A stretch of 64,000 nt of DNA, taken from positions 1,321,481 through 1,385,480 of the forward strand of contig MU004232.1 of the NCBI GenBank assembly GCA_010405405.1, in the 5' to 3' direction. The notes under the pieces were generated by a model. The model did not search any database and was not told the origin of the DNA. It was given only the letters and a program-made list of their open reading frames with translations. Both the position numbers and the translations under genes were made by a program. Each line of letters opens with the position of its first letter. Position 1 is the first letter of the stretch. Below, one piece after another: positions 12,989-24,734 of the stretch. This stretch comes from Microthyrium microscopicum (taxonomy: Eukaryota).

Positions 12989-13325
12989 TGGACCCTGACT
13001 TGATCTGGTACAAATCTTGGTACCGCAACATCAAACGTTGTTTTCTCTCATGTCACATTTTATATACAACTACAGAAGGTCAATCATCCATGTTCTTATT
13101 TTGAATACCTCGGAGCACTCGGCCCTACCCAATCTGATCGGCGACTTGTAGTCAGTGATGGCAGGAAGGGTGGGAGAGACAAGAAAAGGGGTCATTTGAG
13201 CATCTGCGTGGCGGAAACCTCCTACTTTCTATTCTACCTACTTCATCTATTTCACTCTTTCATGACAGTTCAATGCCTTCCGTTACCTGTATATACGAAC
13301 GAGCGGCCATTGTCTGATAATTGAG

Positions 13326-14681
13326 ATGAGGTTGGGAAGAACGCTAGGCAGTTTGCGTCGCGCCATCTTCAGCCAGAGTTTGCCGTCTACGCCAAGTGCT
13401 CATTCCAGCGCGCGTTTTGCTCTCTTCAATCATCATTTAGCAAGAGCTAGGAATACAGGAAGCAGAGTTCGATGTATTCACACTATCCCCAAGCCGCGCA
13501 ATCGTCTCCAAGAGTTGGAAAGCGACCTACTCACGCAGGCTGGCAGTGCCGAGACAGCGAAACTGGAACTGAAATGGCTCAGAGAGCATGCAGAAGAAGA
13601 ACACAGAAATCAACCACCTGGTCCGGAAAGAGACCAGTGTGTAGCTGATTGCTTAAAGCAGCTCTGCGAGGAACGAGCGAAAGGAACCCCTATCCAGCTC
13701 CTCATTGGCAACACATACTTTGGGGACTTGCTTCTGCATTGTGCGCCGGACGTCTTGATACCTAGACAAGATACCGCTACCCAAATGGAATGGTTTTTTA
13801 GAAGACTGAATATCGACGAGACATCATTTCCATCAAATCCGCGCGTTTTGGATCTTTGTTGCGGCTCAGGGTGCATGTCATTGCTTTTCGCCCATAAGTT
13901 CGGTCAAGTTGCAGGCAACAAGCGATCAGCCAGTTTGACAGGCGTTGACATTTCGGCCAAGGCATTAGAGCTGGCAGAAAGGAATCGACAACACCTTCTT
14001 TCTCAAAATAGCAGCAGGAGCACCATGGAAACACTGAAAAGCCTCAAGTATATTAAAGCCAACATACTCGACAAGGAGCACTATTCGGATGCTGGCAACC
14101 CAGAACTATCCACAGCTCCTCTCATCTATGATGTCTTGCAAGACCAGACTTTTGATATAGTTTTATCGAATCCTCCATACATCGACCCTCGAACTGAGCT
14201 AGATCCTCAGGTGAGGAATTTTGAGCCAAGCCTGGCACTTTTTCCGCCCAAGTCGTTGAACTCCAACATCCATGCTGGAGATACGTTTTATCCGAGGCTG
14301 CTTGAGGTCGCAAAAGCTGTCAAGGCAAAGTTTCTCTTTATGGAGGTGGGCAATATGGAACAAGCAGAAAGAGTAGCAGACCTAGCATCCAGACAGTCAT
14401 ATTGGACAGGTCGTGGGTCGTGTGGTGTACAAATATGGAGAGATGTTCTGCCCACTGGTTCAAGTGTAGACCTTAGGGAGGTATGCAGGCCGTTGAAGCT
14501 TGATCATAACGACGAAGACGTAGATTTTGCCGATCTAGTGCCTGTTTTTGGTGCCGGAGAAGCCCGCACTGTGGTATGTTGGACTCGAGAGGCATGTTCA
14601 TGGCTGGACATTTTCGAGCTAGGGATTACTTTATCAGGTATCCAGATAATAGGACATAAAGAGAAGCGTCGCTGCTCCTGA
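13326..14681 (+). CDS. MTQ1: HemK/PrmC-family release-factor glutamine methyltransferase, probably mitochondrial
   Basis: GTPIQLLIG, VLIPRQDT, SAM motif VLDLCCGSGC, GVDIS and SNPPYI. The Arg/Ser/Leu-rich N-terminus resembles a mitochondrial presequence. Single ORF. Confidence 0.82.
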   Translation: MRLGRTLGSLRRAIFSQSLPSTPSAHSSARFALFNHHLARARNTGSRVRCIHTIPKPRNRLQELESDLLTQAGSAETAKLELKWLREHAEEEHRNQPPGPERDQCVADCLKQLCEERAKGTPIQLLIGNTYFGDLLLHCAPDVLIPRQDTATQMEWFFRRLNIDETSFPSNPRVLDLCCGSGCMSLLFAHKFGQVAGNKRSASLTGVDISAKALELAERNRQHLLSQNSSRSTMETLKSLKYIKANILDKEHYSDAGNPELSTAPLIYDVLQDQTFDIVLSNPPYIDPRTELDPQVRNFEPSLALFPPKSLNSNIHAGDTFYPRLLEVAKAVKAKFLFMEVGNMEQAERVADLASRQSYWTGRGSCGVQIWRDVLPTGSSVDLREVCRPLKLDHNDEDVDFADLVPVFGAGEARTVVCWTREACSWLDIFELGITLSGIQIIGHKEKRRCS

Positions 14682-14812
14682 GAGAGCCAAAACAAAGACT
14701 AAAACCGATGTTCAGTTATAAGCTCTTATTCAATATACTACAGTAGGATTCATCTTTGTCATTCCAATACCACATTCCCGAATTATGCAGCGTCAGACTA
14801 TCTAGACCAGTC

Positions 14813-15463
14813 TCACCACCAGAACCGCCACAGGAAGAAGAAGAATATGATCGATCCGAGCGCTGCAAACGGGCCGTATTGCTTTAGGAGTAGTTCCCAA
14901 TTGATCCGTACCGCGGCCTTCTTGTACTTGCGACTATCTTCCCGCAGCCTGCTGCTCATATCACCCATTCGCTCCAGACTGTCTCCTCGATATAGCAGAT
15001 CTTCGATATTCTTCGTCATCACCTTGGTCACATCCTTAAGCTCGTCATGAATCTTGTCCAAATTCTGGCTCGCCCTCGCATCTTGATACGACTTTTTCGT
15101 CTTCTGGATGAATGTGTCAAACTCGACAAACGCATACGGTCGACATATAGCGCTGTTGTATTGTTGTGCTGGGTATGTGTTTATGAATTCTTGAGAGAGG
15201 TCGGAAAGGTATGTAAAGGCGAGTTTGCGTGGGTAGGATTGGTCGCAGATGCAGAGGAAGACGATGGAGTCTTGGATGGTGTAGTGGATGTTGTATTGGC
15301 CGCTTTCGATGCTGGCTTGGGGTTCGGAGTTGCGGTTTATGCGCTTGGTGAGTTGACGGACTTTGTTTTTGATGTCTGCTAGTTCGGATTCGGATTGTTC
15401 GTCGTCGACAGAGGCTGCGAGGATTAGACCGTCCAGGCGGATGAGTTGTGTTGAGCGGATCAT
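14813..15463 (-). CDS. SEC22: R-SNARE Sec22 (longin + SNARE + transmembrane), 216 aa, intronless
   Basis: MIRSTQLIRLDGLILAASVDD, YPRKLAFTYL, RPYAFVEFD, NIEDLLYRGDSL and a C-terminal hydrophobic anchor. Confidence 0.95.
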   Translation of the reverse strand: MIRSTQLIRLDGLILAASVDDEQSESELADIKNKVRQLTKRINRNSEPQASIESGQYNIHYTIQDSIVFLCICDQSYPRKLAFTYLSDLSQEFINTYPAQQYNSAICRPYAFVEFDTFIQKTKKSYQDARASQNLDKIHDELKDVTKVMTKNIEDLLYRGDSLERMGDMSSRLREDSRKYKKAAVRINWELLLKQYGPFAALGSIIFFFFLWRFWW

Positions 15464-16046
15464 GTTTGCTGTAGGAGAGAAGGTCTGTTTGGCGCAGAAG
15501 AGTGGTTGGGACGATGATGGGTTGGTTTCAGGGTTTAGCTTAGCACACGTTGGCTTTGCAAACAAGGAATTGGGGCAGTGATGGGAAGTGGAATAGAAGA
15601 GATGTTTGGATAGTTGTCCGCAAGTTTGAAGCCAGATGTCCAAATTAAGCGCAGGTGAATCGCAAACAATAAACGCGATAAGCGCTGTATATATTTCGTA
15701 CTCTGACTTCCAGATCTGATCCTTCAATTGCAACACTTTTTCCCTAGCACGCCAAGCGATCACAGCTTTTGAATAGGAACCCCAAAGAGCCTGGAGGGGG
15801 TCAGTTTTGAGTTTAACATTGTATGCGATGCTGCAATGCTCACATGCGACAACGTATTGTCGAGCTCGCGACAATACAGTTGAGCCTTGTGAGCTTTCAC
15901 AATAAGCTTTCAATAGCAATCAACTTTCATTGTCTCACCAAACATAAAACATCTACTCCTGGCCCATAACATATTTTGGTTAACTTCATCTCGACACTAA
16001 CGAAATTTCTGCCAACCTCCTTGAAAAACACTTTACGGTCATCACC

Positions 16047-17687
16047 ATGTCTTCCGAGAAGGCAACACCAGTTCCCGAGAAGCGCTCAACTCGCAATAAG
16101 CGCAAAATCGACTATGCAGAATTGGATTCCCCAAAATCACCAGACTCACCACCTAAAAAGCCCAAAAAGGAGGCGACCACTCCATCCAAAAAGCCACGAG
16201 CCAGACCCAAAAAGGAGCCGAGCAGAAATGCCAAACCTAAAAGTCGCAAGAAGGCAGCCTCTGTCGAAACTGTCGCGCCACCACATGAGACCACTGTCTC
16301 CACTCCAGCTGCCCTAGCGGAACCTTCAGAGGCGGCAGATGTACCAGCCCCAGCGGAGACTTCAGAGGAGACGGATGCACCAGCACTACCACAGTCTACA
16401 GACGAAACAACTACACCAGCACCACCAGAGTCTTCAAAAAAGTCAGATGTGCCTAAACTACCAAAGGTCTCAGAAGGGACAGCTGCGCTAGCATCGGCAG
16501 AATCTCCAATCCAGACAGAGGAAGAGCCTGTGGCAGCAAAGACACCAGCCAAAAAGCGCGCTCCAGCCAAGAAACCCACCTCATCCAAAAAGCCAACTCC
16601 CGCAAAAAGACCTGCCCGTTACACTAAGAAATGGGATCCCAAGCTCGTAGTCACCGATCCCAAATCCATACTCACCAAAGGCACCCTCCAGACCCTGCTA
16701 ATAAAAGACGAGGCCTGGAATCTCCTCACCCCGGCGCAACAGCGCGAGCTGCTCACCTTCATGCCGCCTGCAGCAACTGACTCCTTACGTGAGAGTGAGC
16801 AGGCGCTAGTGGACAGCACGCCGGATGATCAACCACTGCCCAACATCGTACGCGATCGGCTTCGGAACAGCTCGGCGTTCAAGTCTGATTTGCGCCAGTT
16901 TCAGGTTGATTTGGCTGCGGGCAAGTTGGAGCCTGAGTGGGTGGAGATGGCCACCGCGGCGAGCATAAGAAGAGCGAATGGCGATTTCGATGAGTGGAAG
17001 GTCAAAGAACGCGAGGATAATTGGGGCATGAATGTCGATGAAGACGGTGAGGAGGAAGAGGAGCTGGAGAATGGCCATGGCGAAGAGATTGAAGCTGAAA
17101 AACCTGAAATTGAAGAGCCGGAGAACGACGAAGCGAAGGGTTTTGGGTTGGAGCCTGACGGCAAGCAAGTGGAGACATCCAAGCAAGCTGATATGTCTGA
17201 GCACATTGATTTCTCTGAGCACATGAGTGAAACTGAGCTCATGGAGGCATTTGAGCAGTCCGACACGTCTGAGCAAGTTGATGTTTCAGAGAACTTTGAA
17301 GAGTTCGAGCAGATTGAAGCACCCGAACACGTCGAGAATTCTGAGCACATTGAAGCTTCTGCGCATATCGAAACATCACATATTGAGGCATCGCACGTCG
17401 AGATATCCAAGCAAATTCAAACTTCTGAGCATATCGAAGCGCCGGATCAGGCCAACACATCTGAGAGAGCTAATCGATCCGAGAGCGACGTTATCAGCAC
17501 TGCCAACGTCGACGAGTCTGACACAGCTGTTGACGTTGTCGAAGTTGATAAGATCGAGACAGCCAAGAAAGTCGACGGCAGTCATCAGCATGAGGAGATG
17601 CATGGTCTCGCAGAACCCAAGCTCAAGCAGAACGACGAAAGCCTTGGTGAGACTGACTTGGATGACGAAGTGAGCCTTCTCGAATAG
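16047..17687 (+). CDS. ASX-homology (DEUBAD/ASXH) domain protein with basic N-terminus and acidic repeat tail
   Basis: Central segment DPKSIL..LL..EAWNLLTPAQQRELL...FKSDLRQFQVDLAAGKLEPEW...RRANGDFDEWK..EDNWG resembles fungal ASXH domains. Confidence 0.75.
   Translation: MSSEKATPVPEKRSTRNKRKIDYAELDSPKSPDSPPKKPKKEATTPSKKPRARPKKEPSRNAKPKSRKKAASVETVAPPHETTVSTPAALAEPSEAADVPAPAETSEETDAPALPQSTDETTTPAPPESSKKSDVPKLPKVSEGTAALASAESPIQTEEEPVAAKTPAKKRAPAKKPTSSKKPTPAKRPARYTKKWDPKLVVTDPKSILTKGTLQTLLIKDEAWNLLTPAQQRELLTFMPPAATDSLRESEQALVDSTPDDQPLPNIVRDRLRNSSAFKSDLRQFQVDLAAGKLEPEWVEMATAASIRRANGDFDEWKVKEREDNWGMNVDEDGEEEEELENGHGEEIEAEKPEIEEPENDEAKGFGLEPDGKQVETSKQADMSEHIDFSEHMSETELMEAFEQSDTSEQVDVSENFEEFEQIEAPEHVENSEHIEASAHIETSHIEASHVEISKQIQTSEHIEAPDQANTSERANRSESDVISTANVDESDTAVDVVEVDKIETAKKVDGSHQHEEMHGLAEPKLKQNDESLGETDLDDEVSLLE
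17190..17480 (+). repeat. Degenerate coding repeats (SEHIE/SHIE-like units)
   Basis: SEHIDFSEHM, PEHVENSEHIEASAHIETSHIEASHVEI and SEHIEAP; tctgagcac recurs in the DNA. Confidence 0.65.
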
Positions 17688-18419
17688 CGCTATCGTTCTC
17701 ATGGCTCTATACGACACGGGTCATCAGTATGAGGTGCGAAGGTGCCCATCGCTACTAATGGGAGTTTGCATTTCTTCTTGCCGCTGTTGTATAGCGTTCT
17801 ATTTCACCCCTGAGGCTCATGTCCCCTAACTCGATTGCATAATGGCCACCGAGGCCACTGATCAAGTACTGGTAGACTCGAAGTAACAGACATGTCAGGT
17901 TACGGGTTTTTGAGTAGTTACTCTCCATTGACTGTATAGATTATTTCGTATGATACCCAATTGCGCAGGCTAGGCGTTAATGCATACTCTTTGCCACAAG
18001 CGGTCCCTTTTCTTTGTTCTGTGATTTAAAAATGAAGAAATAGTAACGCGACCACGCTGCAATGTGCGCCTGCGAGGAAGCCGACGAAATATTGGCACTA
18101 ATCCCCTTGTGTGAGTTGCTGGCCGCCGGTGACGCTTTGATACCGACGGCGTTTTTCCCATCGAATGCGCTGCGGATTGCTAACGTTCTATTCGGAGACT
18201 CTTTGGTGTCTGTCAAGTAATAGAGTACATCACGAGATTCTGGCAGATCGAAGCAATGAAACAGCAGAGAAACCAATTCTTGATGAAGAAAGTAGTAGTT
18301 TATAAGATCAAAACGCTTTCCCGGTTACTGCACCTACGAAAGGATATGCCATGACCCGACCTGGAGCACTGCATTTTGAAAGGAACCCAGAACCCGAGCT
18401 TGTTCCTTGTGACATATTA

Positions 18420-19703
18420 TCACTTGCGGCTTTTACCTGCCTGTACTTTCTTCAGGCGTCTCACATACGCATCACCAGCAGCTCCAGCCTGTTTGGTCGC
18501 TCTACCCTGGGCTACGTTATTTGTGGGAGTGATAGAGAAAACGCCGGCACCCTCAACACGAGTACGATTAGGAAGTTGGACACCATCCGCACCCCTATTG
18601 TCAAGTTAGCTTTGACCATCGTACTTTGGGTAGATAGAACATACATCTCGTTAGCCGTGGTGGCTCGGGCTCTTCTATAGTCGTTCGCAGGCTTGAGTAG
18701 AGATGTCCACCTGGTAACAAGTCTCTCAGCTTGATTTTTGATGGCTGTTTCAGTTTTGATGCTCTTGGTGTAAAATAGCACAACTTTTCCGATTCCACTC
18801 GCAATTAGCGCTTCTTTTGTTATAGGGAGCTTGGCGAGAGTGGAGAAGAGTTCCTTTTGGATGTCGTACGCTGGCAAGCTGCCGTCATTAAGCGGCTCCA
18901 AGAAGAACCGGACTGATTCTAAGATGTTGATATCAGGATCCACAATCGGGCCTCGAACATTGCTACGGTTGAGCAACGACACAACCTCTGGAAGCATAGC
19001 CAACTTGTGGCTAGCTGGGAGACCTTTTGCACGAGCATCCGTATCTGCCTCTGCAGCTTTGGCCATACGGCTCCGCATATCTTCGAGCTCCTGATCGTAC
19101 ATCTGGTCCAAATCAATGCCATCCTTCTTGCGTCCACGACGCTGATTCGTGCCTCGCAACGCTGCATCCAACTTCATATCTAGAGCACGCTTCCGACCTG
19201 TACCAGATTAGCATCATCCAGAGCAGCCACCTGGAACAAAACTCACGCTCATCTGGCGTCAAACTCTCCTCATCCAACTTTGGCTTTCGAACACGCTCCA
19301 CACCACCACCTTCCTTGCTCCCGCTACCTGCGCCCTTACGTACACGCTTGCCATCAATCTCCTCGCCGCCGCTAAATGGCTCAGAGCCATCACGACGTTT
19401 GCGCGAACGCTTTGGCTTTTCGCGTCGTCCTTCCTTCTTCTTCTTGCGGGCCTCCTCTTCTTCACCTTCGGTGCGCTTGCGCTTGTGAACTCCGACTTGT
19501 TTTAAGGTGGACTCGTCGATGGCAATAGGTTGACGCTCTGGAAGGGTCGCGTTGGCATCGAATTCGTCGAACTGAGCCTCGTCGATATCGGAAAGCTCAG
19601 AGTCGAGATCAGAGGCAACGGATGCGGCATCATCATCGTCATTCTCGATGGCAGGGCTTATGGGCTCGGCGTTGGAAAGTGGTGTTGCTGCGTCGTCGGA
19701 CAT
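18420..19703 (-). CDS. IWS1: Transcription elongation factor Iws1/Spn1 (TFIIS N-terminal domain)
   Basis: Acidic/basic N-terminus, then KLAMLPEV, FFLEPLNDGSLPAYDIQKELF and SGIGKVVLFY. Introns at about 19198-19247 and 18595-18644. Stop at 18420-18422. Confidence 0.92.
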
Positions 19704-20126
19704 TGTGGGAGTGTGGAATGCTCAGGTGTTCAGGAACGGAGGGTGAGGGTTTGTTGGAGAAGCTTAGAGAGATTTGGCTGCTTGGCTTTTAGTTGCAGAC
19801 GTAATGCGTGCCAGTTACTTGTCAGTTCCGAGTATTGAAGGCTTGAGAGATGCCAAAAAGGTAAGTAGCGAGGATGAGAGAGAAAGTGTGGCAGAAGGTG
19901 ACTGATTGAAGGGAGTTATATCAGCAAGCGCGCGCTACTAACTCTTAAGCGCCTTCCCTGTACAAAAAGTTCAACAGTATCGTCACCATAGCTCCCATAC
20001 TCGCCTTGTATGTACAGTTCCATTAGTTGAAGTTTCCACAGCGTTTTGAAGCTTTCCTGTTCCATATTTTACTCCAAGCATTCGTCGGAAGCGTTACCGT
20101 TCAAACTCCCAAACCGATCATCCATC

Positions 20127-20437
20127 ATGTACGGAGGACCTCGTACGTCTCCATCGCAAACTATTTCTCTATTGAATTGGCAGTCGGCTAACAAATCATA
20201 AAGCTGAGCAGTCTCCAGCCGAGATTAAGGCACGCGTTCATTCTTTTAGTCCTCTTCAACCCAAATAATAACCACGTCACCAGGCTCAAGAACTCGAGGC
20301 TTCCACCACGATCCAATTCACACTCACAACTTGCGTTCTGCTGTACCTTTGTATGTCTACGGTCGATTGAGAGGTGGGCAGGGACTGACTGAACAATAGC
20401 ACCCTTTGCCGTTGACTATGTACAAAAGCTCTTCTAG
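20127..20437 (+). CDS. TOM5: Mitochondrial outer-membrane translocase small subunit Tom5 (48 aa, 4 exons)
   Basis: Exons 20127-20142, 20204-20229, 20284-20350 and 20400-20437 give MYGGPPEQSPAEIKAQELEASTTIQFTLTTCVLLYLSPFAVDYVQKLF. The LYLSPF tail-anchor motif is typical of fungal Tom5. Confidence 0.88.
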
Positions 20438-20701
20438 TCGATACCTTCACGCATCCTGCGCTTTACATTTCATATGACACTGGGAACTTGAGCATCGGGA
20501 CAGCTCAGGATGTACAATATACGGGAGCGGTGGGCATCCTCATCACTCTATGCATAAGGGCGCTGTACAACATAGACGCGGATAGACATTTCGTCTTGTA
20601 TAGATAATTAAAATTGCATTATCTCGTTGATACGCTTCAAACATTTTTATCCCAACACCGGGCTATGCAACAACAGACATTCAAACCAAACCGATCTAGT
20701 T

Positions 20702-22103
20702 CTATCGCTTAGCGTGCGAAACGGGAGGGTTAATCTTCTCCCATTCAGCAAAGTCGTTCTCTGCTGATTCTCTCTCCTTTTTGAGCTGGACCAGTTGGGC
20801 CTCGTAATTACTCAAGATCTAGAACGAGTTAGTCGACTTGATGATCAAACACTGGCAAGTAACATACCTTTTCGACCTTCTTCATCTGATCCTCATCAAG
20901 CGGTCCATTCTGGTTGGATTCCACGGTTTGCACCAACTTGTCAGACTCTGACTTGAGCTGCTCTGCACGATCCCTGAGCACACTCATACGCGCCCATATC
21001 TCCTCCTGGCGACCACTCATCATGGGCTCGAAAGCCTCTTTCTCTAGCTTGCTCAACTTCGCTTTCAACGCCTCCTCCAGTGTGTCCAGTGTAAATCCAC
21101 GGTTGCGCAACATCTGAACCTTGGTGGCCAAAGTCAAGCATCGACGGCTTAGTGCTATATGGCGTCGCCGAGCTTCGGCAGCACGCACAGAGTAAAGAAG
21201 ATCGTGTGCCTGTAATCGCTTTGTCAACGCGTCATTAATCTCATGTAAGCGTGTTTGAATCCCTTGGGCTGCCTGAGCCTGCATTTCGAGTCGCTTGCCG
21301 AGCGCCATGGCGCCGGAGGCAAGAACAGGTATTGATCCGGACGTTGGCTTGTTTTTGAGTGCTTCTTCCCACTTCTTCGGGTCCTCATTGGGACCAGGCG
21401 CGTAGTATGGCGCTTGTTCTTCGGGGACTTGGTTATAGAAGTAGTGCTGGAAATTGCAGTTTGGAGAATCAGGGTTATATTTGGTGTAGATGACTTCCAT
21501 TTGCTCAGCAACAGATTTTTCGCCTGGACAATGTTAGTATACGCGTAAGATAAAAAGAGGCTGTTACATACGGGGCACTAATCCAGGACCTGGTGTCCAT
21601 ACTTGGGATGCGCCCATTGATTGACCTAGACCTTGCTGTCCTTGCTGTTGCGCCTGAGGCTGAGCTTGAGTATTGCCAAACAATGAAGTATTCGCCTGCT
21701 GTGCTGAGCTTCCTAGAGGAGCTGCATTGAACAAAGATGGCTTTTGTGTCGCGCCGAACAGATTGTTCGCTGGCTGCTGCTGTTGCTGTTGCTGCTGTGC
21801 GCCTCCAAACAGCCCTCCTCCAGTATTCGCATTCTGAGCATTATTGTTGTTATTTGTGGATGCGAATAGACTCAGCGCCGGCTTCTGAGCTGTGGAAGCT
21901 CCAAATAGGCCTGGCGCGGCGGCTGTTGTTGGTTGAGTATTCCCAAAGAGATTTGGCTTGGCTGCTGCAGGCTGTGAATTACCGAATAGTGTTGATTGTG
22001 CGGGAGCCGTTTGACCAAAGAGTGTGGAACCTGTCTGGGCAGGTGGATTTGTATTCAAAGACCCGAAAAGGTTGGGCTTCTGTGCTTGGCTATTACCAAA
22101 CAT
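20702..22103 (-). CDS. NUP57: FG-repeat nucleoporin Nup57/Nup54
   Basis: LFG repeats and polyQ at the N-terminus, then FQHYFYN, KKWEEAL and LATKVQMLRNRG in the coiled-coil region. Two introns. Stop at 20702-20704. Confidence 0.9.
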
Positions 22104-22441
22104 GGTTGCGATAATGTGGTGAAGAGAAAGGGAAAGGCGAGGTTGGAGAGGAACTTAGGGCGAGGATAAAGAGGTAGGAAGAAGGAGTTAGCGACAAAAG
22201 ATAGATGACCAGATGGGTCAAAGGAGTTATGTTTGCGAAAGTCAAAAAGTCAACGCGCCGTTTCTCGTGTTGTAGAAAGTTGAAGCTCTTTATGTTGTTG
22301 TTGGCTGGATTTTGAGGATGTCGCGCGTTTATTAGCCGGTTTAAGCGCGCAACTTGACGACACCTGAAGCTCTCCAACATCAAGTCAATCCTCCACCAAG
22401 TAATGCTTCGATAGCTCGCTATCTGAACCTCAATCTTCATT

Positions 22442-23273
22442 ATGGCGGCCACCCAACGAGAGCCTAGGTACTGTCCCACGCAATTGATCTCTCAGCACTC
22501 CCATGGCCCGCTAACTCCTGCTACAGGCTCGCTACGAAAGAACTCTTCGATCTCACTCCCATGCCCGATCACATCCCTAAAGTCACAGAAATCGGTTCCA
22601 CATCTGGTCCTCTTATGAGCGCAGCGTTTTTTATCGGTGCAAGATGTCGTCCGTTCAACGACGACTACATGAAGTGCAAGGAAGATGCTCAGGGTCGTGG
22701 AGAACTCGAATGCATGAAGGAGGGACGAAAGGTCACACGATGCGCTCAGAGCGTGTACGTTATCCTTCCTGTCAGGATTTATGGAATGACATGCTAATTT
22801 GGGATCCTAGCCTCAAAGATGTCACTACACACTGCTTGGAACAATTCCGATCACATTGGCAATGTCTAGAAAACAATAACCACCACTATTACGACTGTCG
22901 AGCACCAGAATGGGCACTAAACAAATGTGTCTACGAAAAACTCCCTGACGTGAGTGTGACATCTATAAAAATTGGTGTGTCGCTGACAAGCATCTAGAAA
23001 CTCGTAAAGAGCATTCCTGGAGCTCCTGAAGATGAGGTACCAATTTACCTCCGAAACAAACACATTCACGCCAAGGTTCCCTGGTCTCAAGGGACACCTT
23101 GGGTACATCCAGGATCAAAGTGGGAAGAGAAGGAACCAGAGCGAAAACCAATGCCAGAGAAGCCGAAACTAGAAGGGCTTTCATATTCGCAAAGATTTTG
23201 GGCCATCAGAAGGTATTATTTGGATGTGGAAGCAACAAAGCCCAAGAAGAAGTGGGAGAACCCATTGCTGTAA
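22442..23273 (+). CDS. NDUFA8: NADH:ubiquinone oxidoreductase 20.8 kDa subunit (twin CX9C, NDUFA8)
   Basis: PKVTEIGSTSGPLMSAAFFIGARC..NDDYMKC..C.KEGRKVTRCA..HC..QF..HWQCL..C..LNKCV. Three introns, all in frame. Confidence 0.92.
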
Positions 23274-23310
23274 ATAGGCGAATGTGAAACAACTTGATTA
23301 TCATCCTAGA

Positions 23311-24109
23311 TTATTGTGGTCCGAGTTGATTCTCAACCCTTTGATCGCAACGGCGAGCTATTGCCCACCAGTTATCTTTTTCGTACCCCGATTCGACTAT
23401 CTCGCCTCCTACCTCTCGGATATCCTCTTCAAGCTCGCCCTTGCGATATAAATGGTAGTACCTTTCAACAATCTTGTCCGGCTGTTCCGATGTCTTGCTG
23501 CCTTTCTTGACCCAAGGAACCATTACATCTTGCTCCCCACCTTCATCCCATCCACGCCTGCTGTTCTTCTGTTCCAGCGCCCACACGTATATCAGGGCGG
23601 TCGCATCTTTGTCTGATTTTGCGGTGGAGTTCCTTTGCTTCAGGAGTGACAAGACCGCCCCGACAGCCTGGACACGCCGCTCCCGAGTGGAGAGATGGTG
23701 AACTACAGCAATGCATATTGCAAAGTCAAACTGACCCAAAGGATGTGGTAAGTCTAGAATGTCTCCAACAACCGTATCATGGGACTTCTTGTCTGCTGCT
23801 ATTTTGACTAGAGATTCTGATCTATCTGAACCAATGATGAAAATGTTGGAATTGACCGTCATATTCTTGCCATTGCCGCATCCGACGTCGACTCCAACAC
23901 TACCCGATGGTATTGACTGGAGATATTTCGCGATTATAGGCCATGGCTGTGCCTTATGATTAGACGTTTTGCTCTCGGAGTAACCTTTACTACTAGGAAT
24001 ATTAACTTACCTTGTATCTTGTGGCAGAAAAATGGTGTGCGATTTCTTCGTAGACTTGATGGACGTGCTGAGATTCGTATTCCTCTGCTTTTGCTGCCCC
24101 GTCCGCCAT
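23311..24109 (-). CDS. TRM9: tRNA wobble-uridine (mcm5U) methyltransferase Trm9
   Basis: [59 protein letters not shown] and DNWWAI. One intron near 23950-24010. Confidence 0.92.
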
Positions 24110-24734
24110 AGCGGGTCTGTTGATTGCTAGACTTCTTTTGGTACTTTCGGTACTTTTTGGTCTTATGTAGTTCAGAAGGAGTCGAAGTATCAACCAGCCT
24201 TTCGGCGACTGAGGTAAAGAACTGTACTTGGTTTTTGGGTTCGAAGTGTGGCGAATCTCAGAAGTTTACCATGAATTTCAAAGTAGCGCAGTAGGCGAAT
24301 TCAAAATAACATTTCCTAACAATGCCTCCAAAAATACAACTTTGAGATGCCTGTCTTGAGAAAGTCGAGAGACCTGGTTTCCTTAATAGAGACGGTAATG
24401 ATTGAACCTTGACAGGCGGTACCCCCACCTATCCCGTTCTATCTGAGAATTTGGTTCCTTCGCCATCCCTTCCATGACACTAATGCAATGTGATTTGCGC
24501 CCAGGTTCATTGCGCTTAATTTCGAAGTTGCGGATGAGATGGACTTGGAGATGCGCCATCAATCGTAGTGCAGAATATCGACGCCTAACATCGACCGCGT
24601 CCGCCCCTATCAACTGATACCATCGTTGGAGGTGTTCGCTACCATCACCACTGTGTCTGCATATGTCCTTTGCCATTTGTTTGCCGATACAATTTGGTCT
24701 GCTCGTCAGTTTGAACTTCTTTGAGACAACCAAG

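Noticed and set aside
15464..15919. 152 open in-frame codons upstream of the SEC22 ATG, a possible non-AUG extension
   Set aside because: The peptide is not protein-like, it spans the divergent promoter shared with the ASXH gene, and the ATG at 15463 has good context and matches the normal Sec22 N-terminus. Probably chance.
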